Shown: piece after piece, positions 51,938-64,000 of the stretch | Layout: each line of letters opens with the position of its first letter | Position numbering within the stretch: position 1 is the stretch's first letter | Source: Vicugna vicugna | Lineage: Eukaryota | DNA: 64,000 bases | Direction: 5' to 3' | Assembly (NCBI GenBank): GCA_013265495.1 | Contig: MU058139.1 | Location: 1 to 64,000, forward strand | Program-made: the position numbers and the translations under genes | Notes under the pieces: generated by a model | What the model saw: only the letters and a program-made list of their open reading frames with translations | Databases searched by the model: none | What the model was told of the DNA's origin: nothing

Positions 51938-52259
51938 CAATTTGGTTTGCTGATGTTTTGTTAGGCTCTTTTCATCTCCATCCATGAATAAAGTTGACCT
52001 GCAATGTTCATCTCCTGTTGGTTCTTTGTTTAGTTTTGGAACTAAGGTTATGCTATGTTCATATAAGGCGTTAGAAAATGTTCTCTCATTCTTACAATTT
52101 GAAGTGTGTGTGATGATTTGGAATTTATACGTTGTGTGTTTGGTGAAATGCAACTGTTGGGATATCTGTTCTTGACATTTTCTTTTAAGAAAGACTATTC
52201 AGGTTTTCTTTATCTTCTCAAGTTAATTTTGACTGGGACTTTTGGGTTCAACTTCAACA

Positions 52260-52810
52260 AAGTAGCTTGTATCTATGGTAGCCTATATTTTCCAGAGATA
52301 GCCACAGGATTTCTCTCATTCCACATGCTCGTCTGTCATGTGACCTTGCCACTCCCACGTTGAGGGGTGAAGCCTATTTCTCCACCCTTGAATCTGGATG
52401 GTCTCTGAGTGTAATTTGACTGATGGAATGGAGTGGAAATTGTCCTGTATTATTTATAGACCCTTATCAAACCTGGACATTTCTGCTTCCTGCCTCTTAG
52501 CAGTGAGTCACACTGTAAAATGTAGAACTATTTCGAGGCCATGCTGTGAGATGCCTAAGCCACGAATTATGAGACAGTATATGGCAAGTGAAAGGAGTCA
52601 AGGAGCACTGAGGAAGGAGGCTTAAGAATGAAGAAATCATCTTCTATGTCCAGTCCAGTTAAGGTTTCAGATGGCCCCAGCCCCAGCTACACACTGACTG
52701 CATTTGCATGAATGATCCTAAGTTGAGCCTGGTTAAACCACAGAACCTTAGATGGTTGTGCTAAGCTGCTGAGTTTTACAAGTGTCTGGTTTCTAGTGGC
52801 AGTTGAAAAC
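52260..52810 (+). mobile_element. Old MLT1 (G/H-type) LTR
   Basis: cttgccactccc..cctatttctccacccttgaatctgg..ccccagccccagct..gctaagctgctgagtttt. Confidence 0.6.
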
Positions 52811-53869
52811 TGAATACCTGTCTACTCCATGAAAAACTAGAATAGCTAGAACATACCACACACACACACACACACACACAACTGTGCACAAGTTTTGGAG
52901 GGGAACCAATACAGTCAAGAATTGAAACTAAGGGCTATATTCGTTGAGAGAAGCAAAGAATCCAAGGTGAAGTCAACCTTTACTTGGCTTTTCCCAGGAG
53001 GACAACTTCCAAATGAGGGAGAAAGCTCAAACATGAACTGGTATTCTTACTGGGCTAAGTCGACAGCAGTTCATTCAAATTGTTGGCCAGCTCCTAATCT
53101 GTGATGTTTGGGGTGAAACTCCAAGAAACCCAGCAAAATATAGTAGCAGGGAAACTGAAAGCTGAACAAAGATTTGAACACCTGCATAGCTTTTGAGAAC
53201 CAGAGGCCAGAGTTTCTGCCAAAGTGGAAGGGCTTTTTGATAAATACATCCAGTCTGCAGTTGAGACCCAAAAGTGACCCACCCAGGAACACACCTGAGA
53301 GGTGAGAACCAGTACCAAGATGATGGAGCTGAAATACATGAGGCCTAACCAAAGCTAAAACTAACCCTTCCCAGGATCAAGGTGACCCACTGGTACTCTT
53401 TGCCTATGAAGAAAACTGTTCTTTCTTTTTAGAGAATGAAATCATTGTCCGGAGCTGAAAGAAGCATTCATTTAAAATGTTCAGCATCCAGTTAAAAATT
53501 GTGAGGTGCACTATTAAAAGGACCAAATCATCAAAAACCAAAAAAGAAAACAGAGAAGATAAACAAATTCACCTGCAAATCACATATTTCCATTAGCAGA
53601 CAAAGACCTTTAAACAAATATAAAATGGTAATGTAACTACCGTTAATATGATAAAAATAGACAAAAAGACAGGGGAATTTTCATATTCTGGAGAGACAGG
53701 GGCCCATGCTCAGTGACGATTGGCATCGGGACTAGAAGCCACAGTCTGAACGCCAAGGGCAGAAGGTGACCCTCATCTGTGATAGGTTAGTCTGAGGCGA
53801 GCCAAATTGAACTGAGGTGATCTGTGTAGCTGTTTGCAACATTTGAATCAAAATGCACTCAACACCTTG

Positions 53870-54345
53870 GACTCAGTGTTCCCTGTCAGTCTGGGCTGCT
53901 ATAACAGAATGCCACAGACTGGGTGACTTAACAGAAGTTTGGAGGGAGGGTATAGCTCAGGGGTAGACCACATGCTTAGCATGCACGAGGTCCTGGGTTC
54001 AATCCCCATTTCTCCATTAAAAATAACCAAAAGAAAACAATGGAAGGAAGGAAGGAAGAAAAGAAAGACAATAGAAATTTCTTTCTCCCGGTGCTCTTCC
54101 TCTTTGTCGGTTGGCTTCTCATTGAATCCTGTCAGAGGGGAAAGCAACAGAGCAGAGGGAATGCAAACTCTCTCTGTGTCTTTTTATAAGAGCACCAATC
54201 CTATTTCTGACGGCTCCACCTCATGAATTACGTCCCACAATTAATTAATTAACCACTTCCCAAAGGTCCCACCTCCTCATGCCGCCATATTGGGATGAGG
54301 ATGCCAGCATATGAGTTTGGGCGGGTGGGACACAAACATTCATGC
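53870..54345 (-). mobile_element. MLT1A/B-type LTR interrupted by a SINE
   Basis: ggctgctataacagaatgccacagactgggtgacttaa..tcttttataagagcaccaatcc..ttcccaaaggtcccacctcc..gggacacaaacattca. Confidence 0.8.
53941..54070 (+). mobile_element. tRNA-derived camelid-type SINE (Vic-1-like)
   Basis: GGAGGGAGGGTATAGCTCAGGGGTAGA..ATGCACGAGGTCCTGGGTTCAATCCCCA with an A-rich tail. Confidence 0.88.
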
Positions 54346-54834
54346 TGTTCACGTAGCACTGTTCTTCCCCACTAGGCTGGTAGATGGTGACCTCAGTCAG
54401 GGAGCAACCAGTGGTGGGACAACCAACCCCCAGCCCAGTGCCTGATACATACAGGGCCCTTGACCCTCCTATGAGACCATAGCTTTAGACTGGTCTTCTT
54501 GGACTGAGGAAAATCTTCATCTGAGAGCAGCCTGTTAGATTACACTGACTCTTCCAGAGCCTTCCACGGCTGTCTGCTCACTGCTTACAGTGTCCTAAAA
54601 GAAACACTTGCCTTACATGGTAGCTCTTTAGGGAAAGTCTCCAGAGGACTTATCGCAAACAGTTCTCTACCTTGAGAGGCGATTTTGAAAAACGGAGAGG
54701 TTGACTAGTCACAGATGGCCATGAATCTTTAAGCCGTGTATTAACCATCAGGGAGATTTGAAAATCTCCATCACAGACCTGTTTCAAGTACAGACAAGGA
54801 GGCTGTTCTTCAAGTGTTTAACTGGGACCCTCAC

Positions 54835-55175
54835 ATAGCTGAACTGTGTGTCTCTTGCCCCCATGTCTCCCCACCCTGTTCCCATATTCATATGTTGAAG
54901 TCTTAGCCCCCCCCCATTACCTCAGAATGTGTCTGTACTTGGAGACAGGGTCTTTAAAGAGGTCATTAAGGTAAAAATGAGGTCATCTGGGTGGTTCCTC
55001 ATCCAACATGACTGATTTCCCTATAAAAAGGAATGACTAAGGACAGAGGCCTTTGAAGAAACCAACTCTGCCAGCACCTTGCTTTTGGGCTTCCAGCCTC
55101 CAGAACTGTGAGGAAATAAATTTCTGTTGTGTAAGCACCCTTAGTCTGTGGTGTTTTGTTAGGGCAGCCCTAGGG
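54835..55175 (+). mobile_element. MLT1B/C-type MaLR LTR
   Basis: attcatatgttgaagtctta..cctcagaatgtg..ggagacagggtctttaaagagg..ccagcctccagaactgtgaggaaataaatttctgttg. Confidence 0.85.
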
Positions 55176-57702
55176 GATCTGTGGAGACCCTTTATTTAGC
55201 TGAAGCCTGGTAGGCTGGAGAGAGAGCCTTCTTTGGGAGCATCGTGTCTGCTCAACCTCGTTTTCTTCAGGAAAAGACGAGGGGAATCCGGTGTCCTCAC
55301 TAACCCCCTCTCCCTCCCCACCCATCATTGTGCACACCCTTCCTCCCTTCATCTCACAACCTGAGAAAGGAGATGTCACTCTCCTAGCGCCTTTGTCAGA
55401 GGCGGGTCCTGGGAGGGTGGATCCCACGTCAGGAAGCTATAACTCAGTCAGATGTTTGTTCTATTCCATCTGTCCCAACTGCGAGAAACCTTAGCAGGGC
55501 TTAATTTTCACAGTATTTCCAGGGACCGCCCACTCCCCTTGGTAACTTTTTGGAGACTTACGCTTATGTCATCATTTCCTTCTCCCCACCCCCTACTTTT
55601 TTTTTTCAAATCTCCTTTAATCTTGGATTAATGTTATACATAAAAGAACCAAGCATTAATCTTTGGCTTCCCCATAGGCGATGAGAACAGAGTTTCTTTC
55701 TATGAGTTTTTCAAAGTGGAAGATAAGGAAAATGCTGACAAGTATAATGAAAGGTAAACATAAAAAAGTCTTAAATAGATTTGAATTCCTGTTAGGTGGG
55801 CCCCCGGGAGACTTTTCTCTAAAGGCTGATTTCTGACAGGTGCAGATAAGGGAGGCCAGCTCATCTTTTTCCATTTCAGGGAGGTGATTTTAGAAAGGGC
55901 TAGAAGAGATATTCTTAAGGGTAGGAAGCCCACTAGTCTCAAAATGTTTTGGCAGAATTTGTCACCTTGGTTGCTCTCCCCGAAGAGGGAAAAACCCAAC
56001 TGTAGCTCGCTTGCTTGCTTGCTTTTCTTTCTTTCTTTTTCTTTCTTTTTCTCTCTCTCTCTCTCTTCCTCCCTCTCTCCCTTCCTTCATCTTTTAATCA
56101 TGAAGGGTTATATGAATGAAGAAAACCAGTGTGGGGCTGGTGTCCTCCCTGGATGATCATCATAAGCCAATGGAGGGGCAGAAATGCAAGAAGAGACTGG
56201 AGAAATAGGGTTAAGAGTCTGAGAGGAACGTGGTGTCAATGGCTAAAGAATAAAAAACAGAACTGAAAATCAAGTAGTTTCTTCAGGGGCCCAAGCACTT
56301 GGATGTTTGCTCTGGCAATACTGATTACACCATCTAACATGGCAGTTGTTCGTATACGGGGGGTAAGGGAGAGGTTGGGGGTGGTGCAGCCAGACTCAAG
56401 GAATCTTGGGATGAATATCCTTTCCTGTAAGATTATACTGAGGGTAAGATGACCAGATAGAATCTATTGTCCAAACTAGTACTCTTGTGAGTCTGAAAGG
56501 GGACACTATTTAATAAGTCGGCATGAACCAAGACCATCCTACGAGGAGATGTAAATCGCCCTAATGGGGGTCGCCTCCCCAGCCAAATTTTTCTTTATGC
56601 ATGCGGTACCCACAGCAAGAAATACGATGAAAATCACAGCTATGTTGCTTAGCACAGTGCCTGGTACTCAAACTAAGGGTAACTGTCTTACTTTCCCCTC
56701 AGCAACTCTACAGGGGGGAGATGTAAACACTTAAATTACAACAAATGCCTGCCACCTCATTCCTAGAGGAGAGGGGTTATGGGTATACGGGAAATTGGGA
56801 CTCAGAGAAGCAGGGGAACTTCTAACTCGAAAGAATTTCCCTCCAGAACACACAATGGGCCACTACAGCTCTATTGCCTCCGAGTGATACCTTCCCTCTT
56901 TTATTTGGATAAACTGTATCCCTCTTCCTAAACTCTGCTCACATCCTATGACCCACAGGAAGCTTCTCAAGACCACACGACTGCATCCTCTTTGCTCCAG
57001 CTTTTGAAAGCCAAGTAGAGAGTTAGCTTCATTTTACATGACTTGTGTGTTAATTTCAACTCCCAACGAACATGTAAGAATTTTCCTTTTGTGTCTAACA
57101 TCACTTCCCCAAACACAAAGGCCTTTAAAAATAACTATAGGTAGATACATAGACTCAGAGATCACATACACACAGAAAAGCAGGCTGGTTTCCCGTGTTG
57201 AAACAAGATGAACTTGTCCTGTTGCTCTGCATCTTGCTAATGAAAGATTCAGCCCTTACACCCTCACCATTGCCCTATGCTTTAAGCCCCACAGTGGAAC
57301 GTACTGCCTACATGCTGCATGTACCAAAAAGCAGTTTTAGTCAGTTTTTCATTTTAGGAGGTCTCTTTCTTAGAACTGAAACCACACATGGACATGGACC
57401 CAACTGGATTCATTTCATTGGAAAGACCTATCATCATTTTGTGTACGAGTTCTTTCTTTCTATATCTATTTGTAAATTTAAAAAATAACTTAATTGCAAA
57501 GAAGTGAGGTACATCGAAAATGACCAAATTAAGAACTATACTTCAAGCGTAAAGTTGAATTTCTCAAGTTCACCAAACCTTGCTTTTGTAGCAATTTAAC
57601 CAAGATTAAAAAAAAATTAACTAAAACATATATTCCCATAAAATCTGGAGGATTGCTTAGATATTACCAAATAAGTAAGACACTAATAGAGTTTTCCAAA
57701 GA

Positions 57703-57708
57703 TTTATT
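57703..57708 (-). terminator. VIM: VIM polyadenylation signal AATAAA
   Basis: TTTATT on the + strand, followed downstream (on minus) by U/GU-rich sequence. Confidence 0.85.
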
Positions 57709-57893
57709 GAAGCAGAAACAAGTTGGATCAGATACTTGTTGGAAAAAAGCAGTTTTAATAGTATTCAAAAATACTTTTTAAAAAGTATTCTAGCACAAGG
57801 CTCCTTCGGTAAACTAGATTATGTTGTAAACTTTTTTCTAAATCTCTTACAAGTGTTGGTTCTTAAGAACTAGAGCTTATTCCTATTCCAAAT

Positions 57894-57954
57894 CTATCTT
57901 GCACTCCTGAAAAAACTACAGAAAGGCACTTGAAAGCTGTTTCTTTAAGATATG
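57894..57954 (-). promoter_or_regulatory. VIM: Vimentin 3'UTR protein-binding/localisation RNA element (Y-shaped)
   Basis: About 60-115 nt after the stop: UAUCUUAAAGAAACAGCUUUCAAGUGCCUUUCUG...GCAAGAUA, with closing stem UAUCUU/AAGAUA. This is a known conserved vimentin 3'UTR element. Confidence 0.7.
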
Positions 57955-58010
57955 AATTTCTTTTTTTATTCTTGCTGGTCATATTTTGCTGCACTGAGTA
58001 TGTGCAGTTT

Positions 58011-58052
58011 TTATTCCAGGTCATCATGATGCTGGGAAGTTTCATTGATAAC
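58011..58052 (-). CDS. VIM: Vimentin last coding exon (VINETSQHHDDLE*)
   Basis: 42 nt, acceptor ttaacag, TAA stop at 58011-58013. Confidence 0.97.
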   Translation of the reverse strand, partial: VINETSQHHDDLE

Positions 58053-58379
58053 CTGTTAAGAAAAATAGAACTCAAAATCAGATATAATACTATATATGGA
58101 TGATTAAATTACCCCATAAAATGTGTCAAAGGAGAATCCTAAGTACGCATAATTTATTGTGAAAGTTGGAAGACTGTGTTAGTTCTGCATTGGTCATGGT
58201 GGCAGGGCTGGGGGAGGACAGATAACGTATGTAAAATGCTCTTCATCTACATGCAAAATATGTATCCAATAGATTGTTATGACTTAAAAAAAGAAATTTA
58301 AAAAATACGGTATTTATGAAGAAGGATGCTGTAATAACCCCAAGCAGCAAAATGCAAAAGCAATCAAAACATGTCTTCT

Positions 58380-58625
58380 AGGGATAAATTTGGGAGTTTG
58401 AGATTTACAAATGCTAGCCACTATATGTAAAAATAGATTTAAAAAAAAGTTTCTTCTGTATAGCACAGGGAACTATGTTCAGTATCTTGCAATAACCTCT
58501 AATGGAAGAAATACGTAAATGAATATATGTATGTATATGCATGACTGAGACATTGTGCTGCACAACAGGTATTAACACATTGTAACTGACTGCACTTCAG
58601 TTAAAATCAATAAATTTAAAAAAAA
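58380..58625 (+). mobile_element. Young L1 3' fragment in the last VIM intron (antisense to VIM)
   Basis: gggataaatttgggagtttgagattt..tatagcacagggaactatgttcagtatcttg..acattgtaactgactgcacttca with an A tail. Confidence 0.85.
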
Positions 58626-59141
58626 CTTAAGTGTAGAGCAAGTATATTTTGAGTTTATGTGCAAGGGAAAATTATGGGAAGATTACAATACATTTTGACC
58701 CTTTCTTCCCTGGCACAGAGAGGTAATGAGAAACTACTTGATCCTAAGCATATCCTTGTATTACATCATAAAAGGGCCTAGGAGTGTTCAAGGGAGGCCG
58801 TGTATGTCCAGGATCAAAACATTCCTGGTACTGAGGGAGCCTAATGAAGCTAGTTTAAGGAGTAACTCAAGGAAGCTGTACTCCTGTTTCCAATTAAGCA
58901 CCAAAGCAAATCACTAATTTTGGACTCCAGGAAGGTTGCCTTTCTCATCTTCACATCTGGCAGCCAGATAATTAGCTGGCTTTGTGGAGGGCTGGAAAAA
59001 GAGGCCCATTCTCTTCTTAGGGGGCATCCCTGAAACTGAAACCTCCTGAATGAGCTGGCTGTATCGGAGACAGACTTATTGATTTAAAAGGCTATCACGG
59101 CCTGTCTGCGATTACTCCCGTTTTGATTTAAAGATACCAAC

Positions 59142-59227
59142 CTGTCCATCTCTGGTTTCCACCGTCTTAATCAGAAGTGTCCTTTTGGAATGGGTGTCAA
59201 CCAGTGGAATTGAATCCAGATTGGTTT
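59142..59227 (-). CDS. VIM: Vimentin coding exon 8 ([29 protein letters not shown])
   Basis: 86 nt, AG/GT borders. Confidence 0.97.
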
Positions 59228-59638
59228 CTGTATAAAGAAAAGAAACCCAAAATAAGTAACATGAAAAAATTTTTAAAAAGACAAGAAACATTTTTGTCCA
59301 AAGAATTATGATTTTTGTTCACAACTGTTTAAAGCGCTATTCCCAAAGTAATTCTAAAGACTGTCACCTATTTCAAAACTCAGGGGCTGACACCACTGTA
59401 GCATCAGAACGAGATGGACCACTTGAGTGCACACTCCATCCGGAGGAAGAAACATGGAGTTGCAATTTAATTGGGAGTAGAGGATTTAAGATAGTACTCG
59501 GGCTTGAAACTTATGGATATCCTGTAGCATCTTCTCTCGCATGGCATTTTTCACGTACCACTTAAAAAAATGGGTGCTTTATAAACAAAATGGTTGCAAG
59601 CTGCTGAAATTATTCTTAAAAGACAATCAAATGCTTAC

Positions 59639-59682
59639 CCCTCAGGTTCAGGGAAGAAAAGTTTGGAAGAGGCAGAGAGATC
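59639..59682 (-). CDS. VIM: Vimentin coding exon 7 (ISLPLPNFSSLNLR)
   Basis: 44 nt, ttacag / gtaagc borders. Confidence 0.97.
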
Positions 59683-59934
59683 CTGTAACAAGATGAAGAG
59701 AAACAGTAAAATGTTTTGGAGAACAACTTGAACAACAAGGAACAAAGTTATACAAATTTGTATTAAAATTGTATTTTTTTCTGGTTTTTGTCAAATAAGA
59801 AAATTGACTCCTGTAATTTATAGGAGAGGGACTTGCTTCAGAAGCATTAGTCCACAACTGGACCCATTAGTACATGTAAATATTTTACTCCAAGCATTTT
59901 CTGCAAGGGGCTGGAGGTATAACAGAGTTGATGT

Positions 59935-60125
59935 TGGTTTTCCCAGAATCATGGGTTCAAATCTCAGCTCTGATATTGGTTAACTGACTAGGATAAGTAA
60001 CTCAGTCTCTCTGAAGCTAAGGTCCCTCATCTGTCAAAAGTGGTAAGTAGCCACCTTGAAGAAACGTTCTGAAGATTAAGTGACATAACATCTGTAAAGC
60101 GAGGGGCATAAGACTGAGCGGACAG
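59935..60125 (+). mobile_element. MIR SINE in a VIM intron
   Basis: gggttcaaatctcagctctg..aagtaactcagtctctctgaagct..ccctcatctgtcaaa..gaagattaagtgacataa. Confidence 0.7.
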
Positions 60126-60163
60126 CAGCTCTGAATGCATTCGCTCTAGCCCTGGCTCCATAC

Positions 60164-60384
60164 CTGCTCTCCTCTCCTTCCAACAGCTTCCTGTAGGTGG
60201 CAATCTCGATGTCGAGGGCCATCTTGACATTCAGCAGGTCTTGGTATTCACGAAGGTGACGCGCCATCTCTTCCTTCATGTTCTGAATCTCATCCTGCAG
60301 GCGGCCAGTAGTGTCTTGGTAGTTAGCAGCTTCCACGGCAAAGTTCTCTTCCATTTCACGCATCTGGCGTTCCAGAGATTCGTT
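60164..60384 (-). CDS. VIM: Vimentin coding exon 6 ([10 protein letters not shown]...[12 protein letters not shown])
   Basis: 221 nt; contains the intermediate-filament helix-termination motif [12 protein letters not shown]. Confidence 0.98.
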
Positions 60385-60749
60385 CTGCAGCAGATTGGAG
60401 AGGTGGCCAGTGTTATTTCCCAGAAAACCAAAACCAACACCCACCACTTCCAGACCATGGGCAATCATTTTCCCTAGTAGCAAATGGGAAATGCTCCAAT
60501 TTTCAATTTTCAGCAGAGAATACAAGTACCAAGTCCCTTCCTAATAAAAGCAATAATAATAATAATACACTAAAACCTTCAGAGCTCCAAGTTCTTTTTG
60601 CATCTGTTCTGACAGCTCATTTTCTTGGGATTAAAATGCCAATTTTTCTTCCTTTTAACAAAACTGTGTTCTAATGACACCCTGAGCTTGGCCACCTGAA
60701 TGGCTCCAAGCTGGCTATCTGCCCCCTTGCCCTGCGGGGTGATACTCAC

Positions 60750-60875
60750 AGTCCCTTTGAGCGCATCCACTTCACAGGTCAGAGACTGCACCTGTCTCCG
60801 ATATTCATTGGACTCCTGCTTCGCCTGGCGCAGGGCATCGTTGTTGCGGTTAGCAGCCTCGGAGAGGTCGGCAAA
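60750..60875 (-). CDS. VIM: Vimentin coding exon 5 ([42 protein letters not shown])
   Basis: 126 nt, ctgacag / gtgagt borders. Confidence 0.98.
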
Positions 60876-61383
60876 CTGTCAGGGAGGAAGTGGAAACGTG
60901 GGTCACCCATGTGTCTTGTGCACAAATCCCCTAAGGTGCTACCTGGCCTGGACAAATGGGAAAGCTTAAAGATGGCCAACAGACAAACAAATAAGACAGG
61001 ATAACCAAACTGTAGGTTCAAAGTTCAGATCTCAACATCTTCCAGAATACGTTGAAATTTCTGTTTTGAAAACCAGAGAACATGAGGTGGAAGGCTGATG
61101 TTGAGATTTTCAAGTAGACATTCATTCTGCTTTCCCTCATTTTAAAAGCTGGGAAGGTCAAGGGCATGGCCTTGGGGTTTACTTCGAAGGAGGGTGACAG
61201 AAAGGGAGTCTGCTATTCTAAAGGCAGGCACGTGAGCAGTGCTTAGGGTTCAGCAAGAAATAAATAAGGAAGCAAAGGCAGCTACACTTGGGGGCTAAGA
61301 GGTATTTAGGAATCAGAGACAGGTAGGCGTTTGCAGAATAAAATGCTTTTCTTTTGCTCTGGCCACGTGTGCTTGTTTCGAAC

Positions 61384-61545
61384 CTTGGACTTGTACCACT
61401 CCTCGGCCTCCTGCAGGTTCTTGGCGGCCACGCTCTCGTACTGCTGACGGACGTCACGCAGGGCAGCCGTGAGGTCAGGCTTGGAGACGTCCACGTCGAT
61501 TTGGACGTGCTGTTCCTGAATCTGGGCCTGCAGCTCCTGGATTTC
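61384..61545 (-). CDS. VIM: Vimentin coding exon 4 (EIQELQAQ...EEWYKSK)
   Basis: 162 nt, ttcag / gttcga borders. Confidence 0.98.
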
Positions 61546-61632
61546 CTGAAGAGAGAAAAGACAGAAGATCAGACATGCCAAGGATGGGAGCAGCTTCACC
61601 CACATCCATTCCCCAACAGTGACTCCTCTTAC

Positions 61633-61728
61633 CTCCTCATGGAGTTTCTTCAAAAACGCAATCTCCTCTTGCAAGGATTCCACTTTACGCTCCAGGTCAA
61701 GACGTGCCAGAGAAGCATTGTCAACATC
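61633..61728 (-). CDS. VIM: Vimentin coding exon 3 ([32 protein letters not shown]); upstream exons lie beyond the window end
   Basis: 96 nt, aaacag / gtaaga borders. Confidence 0.98.
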
Positions 61729-62029
61729 CTGTTTGAAAAGAGAAGGACGTGGAGGAGATGGTAAAGTCCCTGGCTTGTCCCATTTATTCATTTTAAATGA
61801 ACCATCTGCACTTCGTCTCTTTACCATACAGAAGCCACTGACACATTTCATAACCTTTGAATAAGCTGATTAATCACACAGCACTATAATATACTGTGCT
61901 TTCTTCTCTTCATTAACAATTTTGAATTGTGACCCCACTGAGTTGTACTCAAGGGGGTTAACAGACAATTTAAAAATAAGTGTATGCCAATGTGGCCAAC
62001 TGTGTTCAATCAATTATTAATCAGTTAAT

Positions 62030-62228
62030 TAATTAATTGAAGTAAAGTGGATTTACAATGTTGTTAATTTCTGGTGTACAGCATAGTGATTCGTTTATGT
62101 ATATAATATGTATTTCTTTTCATATTTTGTCATTTTAGGCCATTGCATAGTATTGAATATAGTTCCCTGTGCTATACAGTAGGACCTTGTTGTTTATCTA
62201 TGTTATACATGATAGTTAGTATCTTCAA
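62030..62228 (-). mobile_element. L1 3'UTR fragment in a VIM intron
   Basis: attgaagtaaagtggatttacaatgttg..ttgaatatagttccctgtgctatacagtaggaccttgttg. Confidence 0.85.
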
Positions 62229-62232
62229 ATCC

Positions 62233-62299
62233 AGAGGTATAGCTCAGTGGTCGAGCATGAGGTCCTGGGTTCAATCCCCAGTCCTTCCATTTAAAAAAA
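62233..62299 (+). mobile_element. Internally deleted Vic-1-like SINE abutting the L1 fragment
   Basis: GGTATAGCTCAGTGGTCGAGCATGAGGTCCTGGGTTCAATCCCCAG with an A run. Confidence 0.75.
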
Positions 62300-63340
62300 G
62301 GTTAAGGTGGTTAATCTATGATTATGGAGTCCGCATTATACCCATGAAGTTTTTTTTTATTATTACTTTCTTTAATCTAGAAGATCAAAGCCACAGCATT
62401 TTAAAGATTTGGGGGAGGGCGGTAACATCATGGAATAAGAAATTCATGCTTCAGAAATTTCACAGATAATACTTAAGCTCTTTTTTTCCGCCTCTACACA
62501 GATCTCCTGATTTATTCTTAAAACTCCAAAGCAAATTATCTGGCATTCAGGATACAAGGCTAGATTTATACTGCAATCCAGGATGTGCAATGGCAAATAT
62601 GCAGTTCAATGTGGTTCAGGCATGTAAGGAAAAGAAAAATGTAACTCTGAAGTGTATTTACTTCGATTTCTCTGGCAGATTTTTCTCTGGAAACTCCCCT
62701 ATGTTACACCACAAGGGTGTGTCCATCCTCTGACACTTCCATGCAATTGACAGTTTGCACTGTGTCAATTCAGTTAGTTCGTTTCAGAATGAAGGGTAAA
62801 AAGGCACAGAGGGTAATTTACCTGTAAAATTCTTGTTGCTTCCTTTTGTGTTTCCACCATTTGTAAACTGCTACATCCCAAATATTTTATTTTCCCTCAA
62901 GGAAATGTCATGAGGACTTTTATACCTCATATTTTGTAAGCAAATATATTTGTTGTACTGTTTCTAGTCTTACAGTCTTAAAATGTTGACAAACTTCCAT
63001 CACCTTCATGGAAACGTGAATGAGGTACGGGTAATAATTAAAAGATCAAGCATAGGAAAAAATTACTTTTTGCTTGTCCTTAAGCCCTAAAAAAGATACA
63101 CAAGATTTACTAATCTCTATGAAAAAAAGTTCAATGTGTCATTCTCTTTGAATAGGAGAGGTTTTATCTAATCCCTAAATAGGAGGGACAATTTATACTA
63201 AAATTATTTTATATTAACTTACTGCTCAGTAGAACACATTACAGATATGATGTTCATAAATGCTCCACGACAAAAAGAAAGCACACATTGCTGTTTTTAA
63301 GTTAATTTGATCAATGTATTTCTGCTTCAAAAATGTTATT

Positions 63341-63389
63341 GTAGAAATTGATACATTGTAGCTGACTATACTTTAATAAAAATTGTTTT
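63341..63389 (+). mobile_element. L1 3'-terminal micro-insertion with TSD
   Basis: agaaattgatacattgtagctgactatactttaataaaa, flanked by AAAATGTTATT on both sides. Confidence 0.7.
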
Positions 63390-64000
63390 AAAATGTTATT
63401 CTAGGTTATTAATCTGGGAGAGTTTTTAAAGCCAATGCCGGTAAGTGTTCAGGGAAAAAAAAAAAAACTATGCTGGGAACTCTTCCTGAAAATAGGCATT
63501 GCAACTTTAAGTTAAAAATCCTATGGAAAAAAAAAAAACAAAAAAAAACCCCTTTTACTTAAAATGCCATTCTTTGGTTTCAGATTTATTCTTTCTTTCT
63601 GGAGAGAATGCTAAAGAATCCAAGGATGCAGTAAAGAAAGGCATTTCCAAATGTGAGGTATGACTATAGCTTTAAGAACTTTTCATATCACATACTTCAC
63701 GAGTCTGGGCCAGATAATAGATAACGGATGTTAGCAAATACTTGTGTCCAATTAGAAGTGTGCTTGCATCATTACATATGCAATAAGAATGTAGCCTGTT
63801 GCGAAGCTTCTCTGGGAGCACAAAGACTCCTATTATTTCTGTCCGGAGCCATCACACTTGCCAGAATGTCTGTATCTACATTCCGTCGTGAAGCCCGTAG
63901 AAACCATTAATACCTTTCAGCCAAGGGGACAGATGGCTCCTATCCACCCTTATTAGGTCACAAAGTAGTTGTGCATAGACATACTTCCATCTAATCTTAA

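Larger units (their letters stand above)
57690..58010 (-). other. VIM: VIM 3'UTR
   Basis: Follows the TAA stop and ends shortly after AATAAA (CTTCAATAAATCTTTGGAAAAC), matching the recalled vimentin mRNA end. Confidence 0.85.

Noticed and set aside
53945..54015. tRNA-like sequence with A and B boxes (also at 4020-4099 and 62233-62285)
   Set aside because: Poor cloverleaf, with an A-rich tail and TSD; these are SINEs, not tRNA genes.
60241..61864. Plus-strand ORFs overlapping VIM exons
   Set aside because: Antisense shadows of coiled-coil coding sequence, with no independent evidence.

Overview
Mammalian genomic DNA, most likely camelid (alpaca/llama/camel), judged from Vic-1-like tRNA SINEs and a llama-type zeta-crystallin sequence. 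The only intact host gene is the 3' part of vimentin (VIM) on the minus strand: seven coding exons of 96/162/126/221/44/86/42 nt with GT-AG borders, plus the 3'UTR and poly(A) signal. The 57 kb downstream is repeat-rich intergenic DNA (L1, MLT/LTR16/MER21 LTRs, an ERVL remnant, Tigger1, MER, MIR). It also holds a cluster of processed mRNA copies, all in the VIM orientation: ARID1B (partial, frameshifted), RO60/TROVE2 (premature stop, internal deletion, CpG-rich 5'UTR), CRYZ (intact 323-codon ORF, TSD, poly(A)) and a probable fourth 3'UTR-only copy. Other notable signals are an apparent AT->GC substitution bias in the RO60 and CRYZ copies, a perfect 50-bp direct duplication at an ERVL deletion junction, a VIM coil-2B Ile->Thr change and a probably false assembly gap. 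Comparisons with parental genes and repeat consensuses are from memory and need alignment.
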